DNA of 64,000 bases. Source: an uncultured Rhodospirillaceae bacterium (GTDB taxonomy: Bacteria; Pseudomonadota; Alphaproteobacteria; UBA8366). Shown here piece by piece: positions 28,982 to 38,896 of the stretch. The notes below the pieces were generated by a model. The model did not search any database. It was not told where the DNA came from and was given only the letters and a program-made list of their open reading frames with translations. The stretch covers positions 130,355 through 194,354 of the forward strand of contig CAJWLM010000002.1 of NCBI GenBank assembly GCA_913043025.1. The letters run 5' to 3'. The position numbers and the translations under genes are program-made. Positions within the stretch are counted from its first letter, which is position 1. The number at the start of each line of letters is the position of its first letter.

Positions 28982-29422
28982 TTATTTAGTGTCTGGAGTT
29001 AATGCTTTTATCCAACGATCTTCAGCAATGAATTGAGGAAATTCGTCCCAATATCCATGGAACTGCTCAACCTGACCCTTTACAAAACGACCATTCTTTA
29101 TCTGCACTAAAATATGGCATAATTGGTATGTTTCATCGTAACGATTACAAATATACCAAACGCCTATTCCCTCAAACTTAAAATTTACATCTATATCAAG
29201 CAAAACATGTTTGTCACTGCATTCATACGTTACAAAATCAATTGGTCCCTCGTTTGGTATGTGAGCATCATATAATGCAAAGATACAATTGTCGGCGCTT
29301 GCGGCTAAATGCTTAATTTCGTCTGCAAGCAATAGCTCCAAGGAACACTTTGTTTCCAAACTTTTTATAGGTAGAATTTGTTCGGAGACTTGTGAGGGGA
29401 TTATTTGATGATTTGCGAGCAT
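28982..29422 (-). CDS. Hypothetical protein (orphan, no family recognised)
   Basis: The ORF is open to a GTG at 29458 (158 aa); the ATG at 29422 gives 146 aa. It is noticeably more AT-rich than its neighbours and is followed by a 311-bp very AT-rich ORF-free spacer. Confidence 0.5.
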   Translation of the reverse strand: MLANHQIIPSQVSEQILPIKSLETKCSLELLLADEIKHLAASADNCIFALYDAHIPNEGPIDFVTYECSDKHVLLDIDVNFKFEGIGVWYICNRYDETYQLCHILVQIKNGRFVKGQVEQFHGYWDEFPQFIAEDRWIKALTPDTK

Positions 29423-29573
29423 ATAAAAACCAAGTGAGTAATAATTGAAATAATACACTATTATTCATTGAATATCAACAAAATTAATACAATTATTTAA
29501 CAAAAGGCAAATAAAAATTAAAAATTACACATTAATTATTTAATACTTTATAATACAAGCTTTTTTACATTCA

Positions 29574-29592
29574 AAAAACTCCCGTTCTGGGA
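29574..29592 (-). terminator. Weak candidate intrinsic terminator downstream of the spermidine-synthase-like gene
   Basis: The minus strand reads TCCC-AGAAC-GGGA followed by GTTTTTTG. The stem is only 4 bp. Confidence 0.25.
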
Positions 29593-29769
29593 ATTATTTT
29601 GCAATTTCTGAAGGATTTTGCGCCACTGATATAGAAAAACCATTCATTTAGGCGTTGTCTTTAGGTTTTCGGTTTTTCTTAAATGTCTGATCCAAAATAA
29701 CTGTTTTCTCTTCATTATTTTGTTGTCGCTGCGTAGGAAATATATCCCTAACTCGGACGTCAAAATATA

Positions 29770-30486
29770 CTAGGGCGCTGTCGCTATATAAACTGTTTGA
29801 GTTACAGTAGTGCCGGTCAGTGGATTTTCAAAAGTAATAGCTCTAGCATCAGCTTTACCAACTGCTAATGCGAGGCGTTCGGTAAAGGTTGTATCAGGTG
29901 CATCATTTGACCAGAGTCCAAATACGCCGCCCGGTAGGAGATGTTGAGTGATCGCTGAGAGACCCTTTTTCCTATAAAAAAAAGAGTTAGTCGATGCTAA
30001 CCACTGGTTAGGTGAGTGATCAATATCCACTAAGATGGCGTGAAAACGCCGGTTTGCGTTATCAGGATCAAATCCGTCCTTTGATTGAACAAGGCTGAAA
30101 AAATCTCCTTCTACAAAGCGGCATCTTTTATCCAATTTTATGTGATTGTTCATCGGGATGATGTCGGCACGGTGCCATTTGATGACTGCGGGTAGTATTT
30201 CTATTACTATGAGGTCATGTATTTTTGGATTTTTTAGCGCGGTAGCTGCTGTATAGCCGAGGCCTAACCCTCCAATAACAACGTTGAGTTTGTCTGATTT
30301 AAGTTTTTGTAGGCCAAGATCCGCAAGCGCATCTTCTGATTTATGAAAAAGACTAGTCATTAAAAAGTCATCACCTAGTTTGATTTCATAAACATCTGTA
30401 TTCAGACGTAATTCATGTCTTCGGCGCAGGCTTAAATCGCCAAATGGACTTTTGCTATGAGCTAATTCCTCAAAAAGAATAGTCAT
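29770..30486 (-). CDS. Spermidine-synthase-like SAM/dcSAM-dependent transferase (stand-alone form of the fused MFS/spermidine synthase family)
   Basis: The ATG at 30486 follows GGAGAG; the TTG at 30543 is an alternative start. It has a Rossmann methyltransferase-fold motif VVIGGLGLGYTA and an acidic box ILVDIDHSP reminiscent of the SpeE IIVDSTDP. Confidence 0.6.
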   Translation of the reverse strand: MTILFEELAHSKSPFGDLSLRRRHELRLNTDVYEIKLGDDFLMTSLFHKSEDALADLGLQKLKSDKLNVVIGGLGLGYTAATALKNPKIHDLIVIEILPAVIKWHRADIIPMNNHIKLDKRCRFVEGDFFSLVQSKDGFDPDNANRRFHAILVDIDHSPNQWLASTNSFFYRKKGLSAITQHLLPGGVFGLWSNDAPDTTFTERLALAVGKADARAITFENPLTGTTVTQTVYIATAP

Positions 30487-30539
30487 TACTCTCTCCGAAA
30501 TACATTCAAGTGAAAATTTCACATCACAGAATGTGACTT

Positions 30540-31748
30540 TCAAGCGTTATTTAAACGGGGCAGTGGTCTTTCATCGATTGGTAAATGAATAATCGCACTT
30601 GCTACAGCCAAAGCAACGGCGATCCACCATACAATCGTATAGCTACCGGTGCTGTCAAAAATATAGCCGCCGAGCCATATCCCTACAAATGCACCTAATT
30701 GATGGCTCAAGAAAACAATCCCGTATAGCATCCCCATGTACCGTAGACCAAAAATCTGGCTTACTAAGCCAGATGTGGGTGGAACCGTACTTAACCAGAG
30801 AAGACCAATAAAGCAGGAAAAAACAATGACAGTTAATGGAGTTATTGGAAATAGAAGAAAACTACACATAACCAAAGCCCGGCCACTGTAGATAGCAGAC
30901 AATAAATATTTTTTAGAGAATCGTCCTCCTAGCCAACCTGATGTTGCAGCTCCAATCATATTGCAAAATGCTATCAACATTAACGCCGTAGCACCGAGAC
31001 CTGGTGCTGCGCAACGGTCATGGACAAAAGCTGGCAAATGAATAGCAACGAAAGCTACGTGGAAACCGCACACAAAAAATCCGGAGGTAAGCAAGCGATA
31101 GCCTCTATGATGGGATGCTTCCAGAAGTGCTTCGCGAACATTAATATTATTATCTTTTCCAGTATCCTTAGTAATTGCAGATGATGTGGCCAATGCTATT
31201 GGCACAATCAGTATTGCTATTAGAGACAGCATAAGCAAGCTAGTAGGCCAATCAAATTCGCCGATTGCTAATCTACTTGCTGGGACCAACAGTAGCTGTC
31301 CCCCAGTGCCACAAGTTGTGATGATACCTATCCAGAGGCTGCGTTTTTGTTCGGGGGCTACTTTGCTTACAGTTGCTAGCACTAGGGGCATTCCACAGGC
31401 ACCGAGCCCGATACCCATCATAACGCCGGCGCTCATAAACATAGCGAAAGGGGTCGATGCAAGACTCATGAGCAGTAGCCCCAATGAGAACAACAACCCG
31501 CCAACTGCTAATGTTTTTGGCGGCCCCCAATGGTCTGCTAGTGCACCAAAAAATGGAGCGGCAAAACCTATGAGAAGGTTTTGTGTTGCAAGAGCAAGAG
31601 AGAGTATCTCGCGCCCCCATCCCAATCCTTCAGAGATGGGACGCATAAAAAGGCCCATACTTTGGCGAATGCCGAAGGCGGCAAAAATTATACATGCTGC
31701 TGCAACGAGTGCAAAACCGGGATGACGCATAATTTTTGATATGAACAC
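30540..31748 (-). CDS. MFS transporter
   Basis: 402 aa with about 12 hydrophobic helices. A GTG start follows AGGAGAAGGA. It is co-directional with and immediately upstream of the SpeE-like gene. Confidence 0.8.
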   Translation of the reverse strand: MFISKIMRHPGFALVAAACIIFAAFGIRQSMGLFMRPISEGLGWGREILSLALATQNLLIGFAAPFFGALADHWGPPKTLAVGGLLFSLGLLLMSLASTPFAMFMSAGVMMGIGLGACGMPLVLATVSKVAPEQKRSLWIGIITTCGTGGQLLLVPASRLAIGEFDWPTSLLMLSLIAILIVPIALATSSAITKDTGKDNNINVREALLEASHHRGYRLLTSGFFVCGFHVAFVAIHLPAFVHDRCAAPGLGATALMLIAFCNMIGAATSGWLGGRFSKKYLLSAIYSGRALVMCSFLLFPITPLTVIVFSCFIGLLWLSTVPPTSGLVSQIFGLRYMGMLYGIVFLSHQLGAFVGIWLGGYIFDSTGSYTIVWWIAVALAVASAIIHLPIDERPLPRLNNA

Positions 31749-31870
31749 TTGGGGTTCCTTCTCCTAGAACTCTTTCTGACGATTACACCGGTTGGGTTTT
31801 ACTGGCAAGTCGTTACATTCTATTTGTGGAAGGTAAATGTTGTACTAACAAGCGGTTAGCCTGCTAGGAT

Positions 31871-32644
31871 ATGGCTATGACAAGAATACTTCACTGGACA
31901 GACATGCATATGCGCCGCCAATTACCTGGCACAGCAAAAGATCCGTCTCGGCTTTCGCGTAACGTACCGGCTCTTTTAGAGCGTCTGGAGGTTAAGATTT
32001 TATCACACTCGCCCGATGTTTTGGTGTTGTCTGGTGATTTACTCGATGTTCCAGCATCGGTAATTAATGGCAATTCACCAGATGAGCGGCCTCTTAGTGA
32101 TTGGCTCAATGATGTGAGATCAGATCTTAATTTTATAAAAGAATGGTTGTCGGCAGTTGGGGTACCATTTGTTGTGGTGCCTGGAAATAATGATGATGAA
32201 AAATCTTTCGCTGAAGTTTTCAGCGGTTATAGGTTTTCCAATGATATTGCCGGATTACGTTTTTATTGTTTTTGGGACAGGTTATCTGCTGAACAACAAC
32301 CAATACGGGATAAAGTCAATGCGGCTCTTTTCCAAGAAGCAATTTCAGGTGAAGAGCATGAGTGCGCACAAGTTCATGTGCAGCATTACATGATACATCC
32401 GCCGGTTTTCGCAAAGAACAAACACTATCAGTATACGACTGCTGTTGATTTAAAAAAATCAATACACCAATCGGGTAGGGTGCTTGCAGTGTTATCGGGA
32501 CACTATCATCCTGGAACATTGGTTGAGGGAAGAGTTCTTCATTCTGGTGCCCCCGCATTTTGCGAGAAGCCTTTTTCATATCGCGTGTATGATCTGGATG
32601 AGCAATTACCTGCCAGGGTTAAAACCTGCATCTTGGATAACTGA
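31871..32644 (+). CDS. Calcineurin-like metallophosphoesterase
   Basis: It has the motifs HWTDMHM, SGDLLD, PGNNDD and GHYH. The ATG at 31877 is an alternative start. Confidence 0.75.
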   Translation: MAMTRILHWTDMHMRRQLPGTAKDPSRLSRNVPALLERLEVKILSHSPDVLVLSGDLLDVPASVINGNSPDERPLSDWLNDVRSDLNFIKEWLSAVGVPFVVVPGNNDDEKSFAEVFSGYRFSNDIAGLRFYCFWDRLSAEQQPIRDKVNAALFQEAISGEEHECAQVHVQHYMIHPPVFAKNKHYQYTTAVDLKKSIHQSGRVLAVLSGHYHPGTLVEGRVLHSGAPAFCEKPFSYRVYDLDEQLPARVKTCILDN

Positions 32645-32655
32645 GGTCTATGTAA

Positions 32656-32934
32656 GTGAGCTGTTATGTCTATGTTATCGGAACTTTAGAGTGCCGGGCT
32701 CGCAGTGCAAAAAGGGTATGCCGTACTTATGTCGGATGGACCAATAATATTGATGCACGATTGGCCGCCCACAATGCGGGAGTTGGTGCGCGCGCAACTC
32801 GAGGCCGTAAATGGAAACTACTCTACGCTGAGAGCTACCAAAATAGGAGCGAAGCAATGAGCCGAGAATGGCACTTGAAGCGCAACCGTAAACTTCGCCG
32901 CGACATCGCCAGTGTGATGACGCTGGAGGAGTGA
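32656..32934 (+). CDS. GIY-YIG nuclease superfamily small protein (YhbQ-like)
   Basis: GTG start, 92 aa, with CYVYVIG...YVGWTNNIDARLAAHN...R..EW.LK. Confidence 0.75.
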   Translation: MSCYVYVIGTLECRARSAKRVCRTYVGWTNNIDARLAAHNAGVGARATRGRKWKLLYAESYQNRSEAMSREWHLKRNRKLRRDIASVMTLEE

Positions 32935-32937
32935 AAT

Positions 32938-33405
32938 ATGTGTAAGTGCGATATTGTATTTCGTCGAGCCGTTGAGGCTGATCTTTGTGCAATTGTTAAA
33001 ATGCTGGCAGACGATCCCATAGGTGCAGCACGTGAGGTGCCAGAAGAGCCTCTCGTTAATATTTATTGGGATGCATTCCGAGCTATTTCAGCTGATGCAA
33101 ACCAGCTATTAATCGTTGCAGTGAATAGCAAGACTATCGTGGGGACTATGCAGCTAAGTTTTATTCCGGGCATAGCTCGCACTGGAATGTGGCGAGGTCA
33201 GATAGAGGCAGTACGAGTTTTGAAGGAATACAGAAATACCGGGCTTGGCCGCAGAATGCTCTGTTGGGGTGTAGAACGTTGCAAGGAAAGGGGTTGCGGT
33301 ATAGTACAGTTAACCACTGACAAAAAGCGCACAAACGCTCATCAATTTTATAACAGTATAGGTTTCGTTGCGAGCCATGAGGGTTACAAATTACTTCTAT
33401 GTTAG
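32938..33405 (+). CDS. GNAT family N-acetyltransferase
   Basis: 155 aa with the acetyl-CoA motif A RNTGLGRRML and C-terminal AHQFYNSIGF. Confidence 0.8.
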   Translation: MCKCDIVFRRAVEADLCAIVKMLADDPIGAAREVPEEPLVNIYWDAFRAISADANQLLIVAVNSKTIVGTMQLSFIPGIARTGMWRGQIEAVRVLKEYRNTGLGRRMLCWGVERCKERGCGIVQLTTDKKRTNAHQFYNSIGFVASHEGYKLLLC

Positions 33406-33523
33406 ATGGAACAAGTAATGAAGAAACTTTTATGGAATCAAATAGTTTTAGTGCTCTCTGTTACGGTGAAAAGTTTACCGAAAAGGTAGTTGGTGCTAAC
33501 GTTAGAATCTTTTGGAGAATAAA

Positions 33524-34171
33524 ATGGATGCAATTTTTGCCTGTCATAGGATCGATTGTGTGCCAAGACGTTGGAAAGACGCTGCAGGGTCGATTATCAC
33601 TGATGGTGTCGAAAGAATACAAAAAGCAGGAGGATCTATGTACGGCGTATGGCGTAGCCAGATTGGCTTGCCCCGCGACACGGTGATTGCTATCACAATG
33701 TGGCCTGATATCGAATCTGCATCTGAACATGCGAGCTTGCTTGACAGAGGATTGGCTACGGTGCGCGCGTCGGGGCATGAAATTTTACGTCCAACCTCTC
33801 GTCCAAAAACTGATGAACCACCTGAACGCCAAGGTAACTACGCGTTTCGCTGGTTTGAGACGCCGGCAGAAAAATATGAGGAATTTATGGAGCTTTGCAT
33901 TGCGGCTTGGCCGGACTTTGAAAGTTCCTATGACTCGCAAGTTATTGGTTTGTGGAAGGTTAACGGAGAAGGACCAACGGTGCGTAGCTTACTTTTGACG
34001 CGCAGGCCCGATCTAGCGATGTGGGAACGTTCTAAGATACCTGCTAATGAGATTGAATTTGAAATGCGCGAAAAGCTTAACCGCCGTTATGATTTATGTG
34101 ACTGGACAGTCGTAAACACAATGACATTAATTACCGCGGCGGATAGCCAGGATAAGGTGCGTTGGGCGTGA
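33524..34171 (+). CDS. NIPSNAP-like / dimeric alpha-beta-barrel tandem-domain protein
   Basis: The ATG at 33524 follows GGAG. Two ~100-aa halves each end in a G-x-W...V..L....D.A.WER-like pattern. The family call is tentative. Confidence 0.4.
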   Translation: MDAIFACHRIDCVPRRWKDAAGSIITDGVERIQKAGGSMYGVWRSQIGLPRDTVIAITMWPDIESASEHASLLDRGLATVRASGHEILRPTSRPKTDEPPERQGNYAFRWFETPAEKYEEFMELCIAAWPDFESSYDSQVIGLWKVNGEGPTVRSLLLTRRPDLAMWERSKIPANEIEFEMREKLNRRYDLCDWTVVNTMTLITAADSQDKVRWA

Positions 34172-34468
34172 ACGGACCATGTCTGAAAAAATAACAAGAA
34201 AAAGGCGGCTAAGGCTTTCAATCACCGTTAATCAGACAGCTAACCCTTAAGCCAAGTAACGCTGTTACGCTAACTCAGCGTAGAGCTGAAAAGAATATTG
34301 GACAACACTTGGTGTTGAGGTTGTAGAAATTTAGATCGGGCTCTGTACACACAGGAAAGTTTGCAAAATATAATAATCACGAAGCTTCATCCCACCTCGA
34401 CGACAGCACAATGGAGCACGCAAAATTAAGTTAGATGGTTTGAGAAAAATTTATTAGGGGCGCTTAAT

Positions 34469-35506
34469 ATGATGATTTCAAGAAATGCATCCTCTTTGCA
34501 AGTTTCCTCAGACGGCCTTCGTGCTTTAGCTGAGACAATATTCCGAAAACGCGGTGTGCCAAAGAAAGACGCGGTTTTAGTTGCAGATATATTGATAGAG
34601 GCTAACTTACGTGGGCATGACTCTCATGGCGTTATTCGTATACCAAATTGGATCAAAGGATTAGACTGTGGTGCACTTAAATCAGTATGTCAGCCCTCAG
34701 TTGTCCGAGACAAAGGTGCAACCGCTCTGATACATGGTGATTATGGCCTTGGGCCTGTGGTTGCAAAAAAAGCTACAGATCTTGTGCTTCAAAAGGCGAA
34801 GAACTTTGGTGTTGGGGTGGTAAGTGTCCGCAAAGCATCGCATATCGGCATTTTGCAATATTACTCTCAGTGGCTCGCCGAAAAGGGCGTGATAGGCATA
34901 GTGGTAACAAACACGGAGCCTGGTGTGGCTCCATTTGGGAGTCGACAACAAATACTCGGCACCAACCCTCTAACTATTTCTGTACCCTCGGAAGGTGCTC
35001 CGTATTTGGTAGATATGTCAACAAGCGTCGCAGCTCGCGGCAAGATTGTTAACGCTCTTGAGCGTGGTGAGAGTATTCCAGAGGGGTGGGCTATTGATGG
35101 AGAGGGAAACCCAACCACAAATCCAACAGAAGCATTGAAAGGAGCTCTATTACCCGCAGGTGGGGCAAAAGGGTCGGCTTTAGCGATTATGATTGATTTT
35201 TTAGCAGGAGGTTTAGCTGGTGGCTCTGTAGGAACAAAAGTAAGCGGAACTATGAATACTGATCAAGAAATTACCAAAGGAGATATGTTTCTTGCTATCG
35301 ATCCTGGCTCTATTGGTTCTAAACGTAGGTTTGTAGGTTGCGTGGAAGAATTAGCATCTGAAATACACAATAGTCAGCCTTTGCCAGGCACAGAAATGGT
35401 TTTAATGCCCGGTGAATTTGAACGAATACAAAAAAAGAAAAATTTAAAGAACGGGATCGACATTACAGAAAAACTGCTGACTGAAATACAAAAGCTTGCG
35501 GAGTAA
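34469..35506 (+). CDS. Ldh2-family (malate/L-lactate/sulfolactate) dehydrogenase, copy 1
   Basis: 345 aa with the Ldh2 signature RGHDSHGVIRIP, GTNPL and GGAKGSALA. It is convergent with comE, 77 nt away. Confidence 0.75.
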   Translation: MMISRNASSLQVSSDGLRALAETIFRKRGVPKKDAVLVADILIEANLRGHDSHGVIRIPNWIKGLDCGALKSVCQPSVVRDKGATALIHGDYGLGPVVAKKATDLVLQKAKNFGVGVVSVRKASHIGILQYYSQWLAEKGVIGIVVTNTEPGVAPFGSRQQILGTNPLTISVPSEGAPYLVDMSTSVAARGKIVNALERGESIPEGWAIDGEGNPTTNPTEALKGALLPAGGAKGSALAIMIDFLAGGLAGGSVGTKVSGTMNTDQEITKGDMFLAIDPGSIGSKRRFVGCVEELASEIHNSQPLPGTEMVLMPGEFERIQKKKNLKNGIDITEKLLTEIQKLAE

Positions 35507-35583
35507 TACTTTTTTCTCTGACTCCGATAGCTTAAGTAATGCGAGAGCCTTCATTAACCTAACAGGGCCAACTGTTTATGTTT

Positions 35584-36144
35584 CTAATTGCGCGCCTCGA
35601 CTTCAGTCATAAAACGATCGCGAATAGAAACGGGATGAGTCAGAATATTAGGAACGGGAACATTTCCACTCTCACATTTACAAACAATTATCGTCATCTG
35701 GTTTCCTTTAAGGGCCTTGCCAACCTCTTCGGCAGCTTCTTCTCCTTGGCATTCTATAACGTTAGCGCATCCGCAAGCTTTTGCGACCTTGGATAGAGAA
35801 GTCTTCTTTCCCGCATAGGTCGGTTGATCTCCCGTAGAGCCATAGGAGCCATTGTCTATAATCAGTAAAGTGAAGTTGTCTGCTGGGTTATTTGCTATCG
35901 TGGCTAGTGTGCCAAAATTTGTAAGTATGGAGCCATCCCCATCAATGGCTAGCACAGGCGCGTTTTGGTTAAGCGCCAGGCCAAGACCTATGGATGAGCA
36001 TAGGCCCATGGTTCCAAGCATATAAAAATTAGACGGCTGGTCATCGTGCATGAATAATTCCTGAGAAGGTAGACCAATGTTGCATACAACAAGTTCGTCA
36101 GTAATAACCGGGATTATGGACTTGGTAACTTCGCTCCGTATCAT
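35584..36144 (-). CDS. comE: Sulfopyruvate decarboxylase beta subunit-like (ThDP-binding PP domain)
   Basis: It has the ThDP motif IDGDGS...NNP...IDNGSYGSTG. The ATG at 36144 overlaps the comD stop as TAATG. Phosphonopyruvate decarboxylase cannot be excluded by eye. Confidence 0.65.
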   Translation of the reverse strand: MIRSEVTKSIIPVITDELVVCNIGLPSQELFMHDDQPSNFYMLGTMGLCSSIGLGLALNQNAPVLAIDGDGSILTNFGTLATIANNPADNFTLLIIDNGSYGSTGDQPTYAGKKTSLSKVAKACGCANVIECQGEEAAEEVGKALKGNQMTIIVCKCESGNVPVPNILTHPVSIRDRFMTEVEARN

Positions 36145-36641
36145 TATGTTGCACTCCAAAAGCTTGCGTCGGCCAAAATCGCAGTGGGTTTACTAGCCAT
36201 AAACGTGTGGTTCAGAATTGCGCTTAATTCTTCAATGTCATCAGCCTTATGAAGGTGATATGACGGAATATTCATTTGTTGAAGTATTGGTTTAGTATGC
36301 ATTGCCATTTCTACTTGACATGCCACCTTTTCACCGACCTCTCCACGGTAGCTAATCAACATAGGCAGAGGCATCTGGTAATATTGTATTAGAGCGGCAA
36401 GTGAATTTACGGTAACCCCTAGGGCTGTGTTTTGCATAATTATGCATGGCCTGGTGCCTCCTAGAAAAGCTCCTGCACAAAGTCCCATCCCTTCTGCCTC
36501 ATGGTTACATGGAACGTGATGAATTTGATCATGTTTCTCAACTGCATCGATCACGCCAGATAGTTGTTTGCATGGCACAGTCGTTACAAACCCAATCTCA
36601 TTACGAATAAAATCATCAACGATACGTTCGTTTATATCCAT
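36144..36641 (-). CDS. comD: Sulfopyruvate decarboxylase alpha subunit-like (ThDP pyrimidine-binding domain)
   Basis: 165 aa with the catalytic-Glu block VPCNHEAEGMGLCAGAFLGG. The split alpha/beta organisation with these sizes is typical of ComD/ComE. Confidence 0.65.
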   Translation of the reverse strand: MDINERIVDDFIRNEIGFVTTVPCKQLSGVIDAVEKHDQIHHVPCNHEAEGMGLCAGAFLGGTRPCIIMQNTALGVTVNSLAALIQYYQMPLPMLISYRGEVGEKVACQVEMAMHTKPILQQMNIPSYHLHKADDIEELSAILNHTFMASKPTAILADASFWSAT

Positions 36642-36946
36642 TTTTGCCCAGCCAGTTTTTCTATTTTAATAAAAATTTGCCTCTATAAGCGTCTGTATAC
36701 ACGGGCAATGGCAAGCTCGCAAATATCGTTTCAAGGGTCATTTAAATGCTCAACACTTTTAAATGCAATTGAGGGTGCAAAAGCGCGATTGTTTGATTGT
36801 AGATTTGGGGTTTAATCTTTGTCGTGTAGCTGCGCGATCTTCTGTGATAAGGCAGCTGATATGAATGGTGAAATGTGTAAGTCATTTTTACAGAGAGTAA
36901 AAAGCTTAATGCTTTTGTTCAAACAAGCTAAAAATCCTTAAGGTAG

Positions 36947-36980
36947 AAAAAAACCCGCGAAATTTAAATTCCGCGGGTTT
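36947..36980 (-). terminator. Rho-independent terminator of glnA
   Basis: The minus strand reads AAACCCGCGG-loop-CGCGGGTTTTTTT. The GC-rich stem (36954-36959 pairing with 36972-36977) is followed by a 7-T run, 40 nt after the glnA stop. Confidence 0.75.
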
Positions 36981-37018
36981 TCAATATTTTTTATTGTTCT
37001 GTATCGTGCAAAAAATTA

Positions 37019-38428
37019 TCAAACACTGTAATACATTTCAAACTCGATTGGATGTGGAGCTTGTTCAAACGCTAAAATCTCTTCTTCTCTAAGACCAATA
37101 TATGCATCAATTTGTTCGTTGGTCATTACATCACCAGATGTGAGGAAGCCACGATCGTTGTCCAACGCTGCTAATGCCTCTCTAAGTGAAGCGCACACAG
37201 TTGGTACACCCTCCAGTTCTTCGGGAGGCAAATCATAAAGATCTTTATCCATGGGCTCGCCGGGGTCGATCTTATTCTGAATGCCGTCAATCCCAGCCAT
37301 AAGCATCGCGGAGAAGGCCAAATATGGGTTAGCAGAAGGGTCAGGAAAGCGCACTTCAATGCGTTTACCTTTTGGACTTTCAACGTAGGGAATGCGGCAA
37401 GACGCAGATCTGTTTCTCGATGAATATGCAAGCAGCACAGGCGCCTCGAAACCAGGAATTAATCTTTTATAACTGTTAGTTGTAGGGTTAGTGAAGGCAT
37501 TGATAGCACGGGCGTGCTTTATAATGCCACCTATGTAGTGCAGTGCTGTTTCGGAAAGGTCTGCATAGCCTGTACCGGCGAAAGTTGTGTCCCCATCTTT
37601 CCAAATCGACTGATGGCAATGCATGCCAGAGCCGTTATCGTTGTATACTGGCTTTGGCATAAAGGTAGCGGTCTTACCAGATTCATGGGCTACCATGTGC
37701 ACGCACCATTTATACAACTGCATATTATCTGCAGTACGTAGAAGCGTACCAAACATCATACCAAGCTCATGCTGTGAAGGAGCCACCTCATGGTGATGTT
37801 TCTCCATTGGCACTCCCATTTCATGGAGAGTTGACACCATTCGTGCACGTAGATCAGTATTATTATCGACCGGTGGTACCGGGAAATAACCACCTTTAGC
37901 CTTTGGACGGTGACCGATATTGCCTTCAAATATTTCTGTGCCGTTATTATAGGGCCCTTCATTCTCGTCTATCATGTAGAATGAATGATTTTGATCAGTT
38001 TGAAAGCGAACGTCATCGAAGCAAAAAAATTCTGCCTCTGGTCCAAAATAAGTTGTATCGCCAATTCCAGTGGATTTTAGATAAGCTTCTGCTTTCTCGG
38101 CTGTAGAGCGAGGACAGCGATCGTATGCTTGCCCGGTTGTAGGTTCTTTAACAGAGCAAAAGAGTATCAGCTGAGGTTGTTCCGTAAACGGATCCATGAC
38201 TGCAGTTGATAGATCTGGCATTAAATTCATGTCTGATTCATTTATGGCTTTCCAACCAGCGATTGATGATCCGTCGAACATAATGCCCTCCGATAAAAGA
38301 TCCCCATCAACTGTAGAAACATGCTGCGCGGTGTGCTGCCACTTTCCGCGCGGATCAGTGAATCGAAAATCAACATATTGGACATCATTTTCTTTGATCA
38401 ATTTAAGTACATTTTCTATTTCAGACAT
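37019..38428 (-). CDS. glnA: Glutamine synthetase type I
   Basis: 469 aa with FDGSSIAGW and GSGMHCHQS. The adenylylation-site context [10 protein letters not shown] is present. Confidence 0.95.
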   Translation of the reverse strand: MSEIENVLKLIKENDVQYVDFRFTDPRGKWQHTAQHVSTVDGDLLSEGIMFDGSSIAGWKAINESDMNLMPDLSTAVMDPFTEQPQLILFCSVKEPTTGQAYDRCPRSTAEKAEAYLKSTGIGDTTYFGPEAEFFCFDDVRFQTDQNHSFYMIDENEGPYNNGTEIFEGNIGHRPKAKGGYFPVPPVDNNTDLRARMVSTLHEMGVPMEKHHHEVAPSQHELGMMFGTLLRTADNMQLYKWCVHMVAHESGKTATFMPKPVYNDNGSGMHCHQSIWKDGDTTFAGTGYADLSETALHYIGGIIKHARAINAFTNPTTNSYKRLIPGFEAPVLLAYSSRNRSASCRIPYVESPKGKRIEVRFPDPSANPYLAFSAMLMAGIDGIQNKIDPGEPMDKDLYDLPPEELEGVPTVCASLREALAALDNDRGFLTSGDVMTNEQIDAYIGLREEEILAFEQAPHPIEFEMYYSV

Positions 38429-38548
38429 GTTTTTATGAACTCTCTGTTTGTATTTTGGTTGTTACAGACCATCCTAGATATAGGTATGGACACTGCAAGA
38501 ATGCTTAACACAATGGACGCGGGGCGCAGTTTGGCCTGAACGCAAAAG

Positions 38549-38896
<348 letters not shown>

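Noticed and set aside
32656-33405. Small-protein + GNAT pair considered as a GNAT-toxin/antitoxin (TacAT/AtaRT-like) module.
   Set aside because: The upstream partner is a GIY-YIG protein, not an RHH/DUF1778 antitoxin. The GNAT resembles ordinary metabolic acetyltransferases. I kept it only as a low-interest operon observation.
33399-33686. 95-aa ORF overlapping the start of the NIPSNAP-like gene, considered as a frameshifted N-terminus.
   Set aside because: It is in a different frame with an implausible peptide. The NIPSNAP-like gene has its own GGAG RBS and ATG at 33524 and two complete domain halves.
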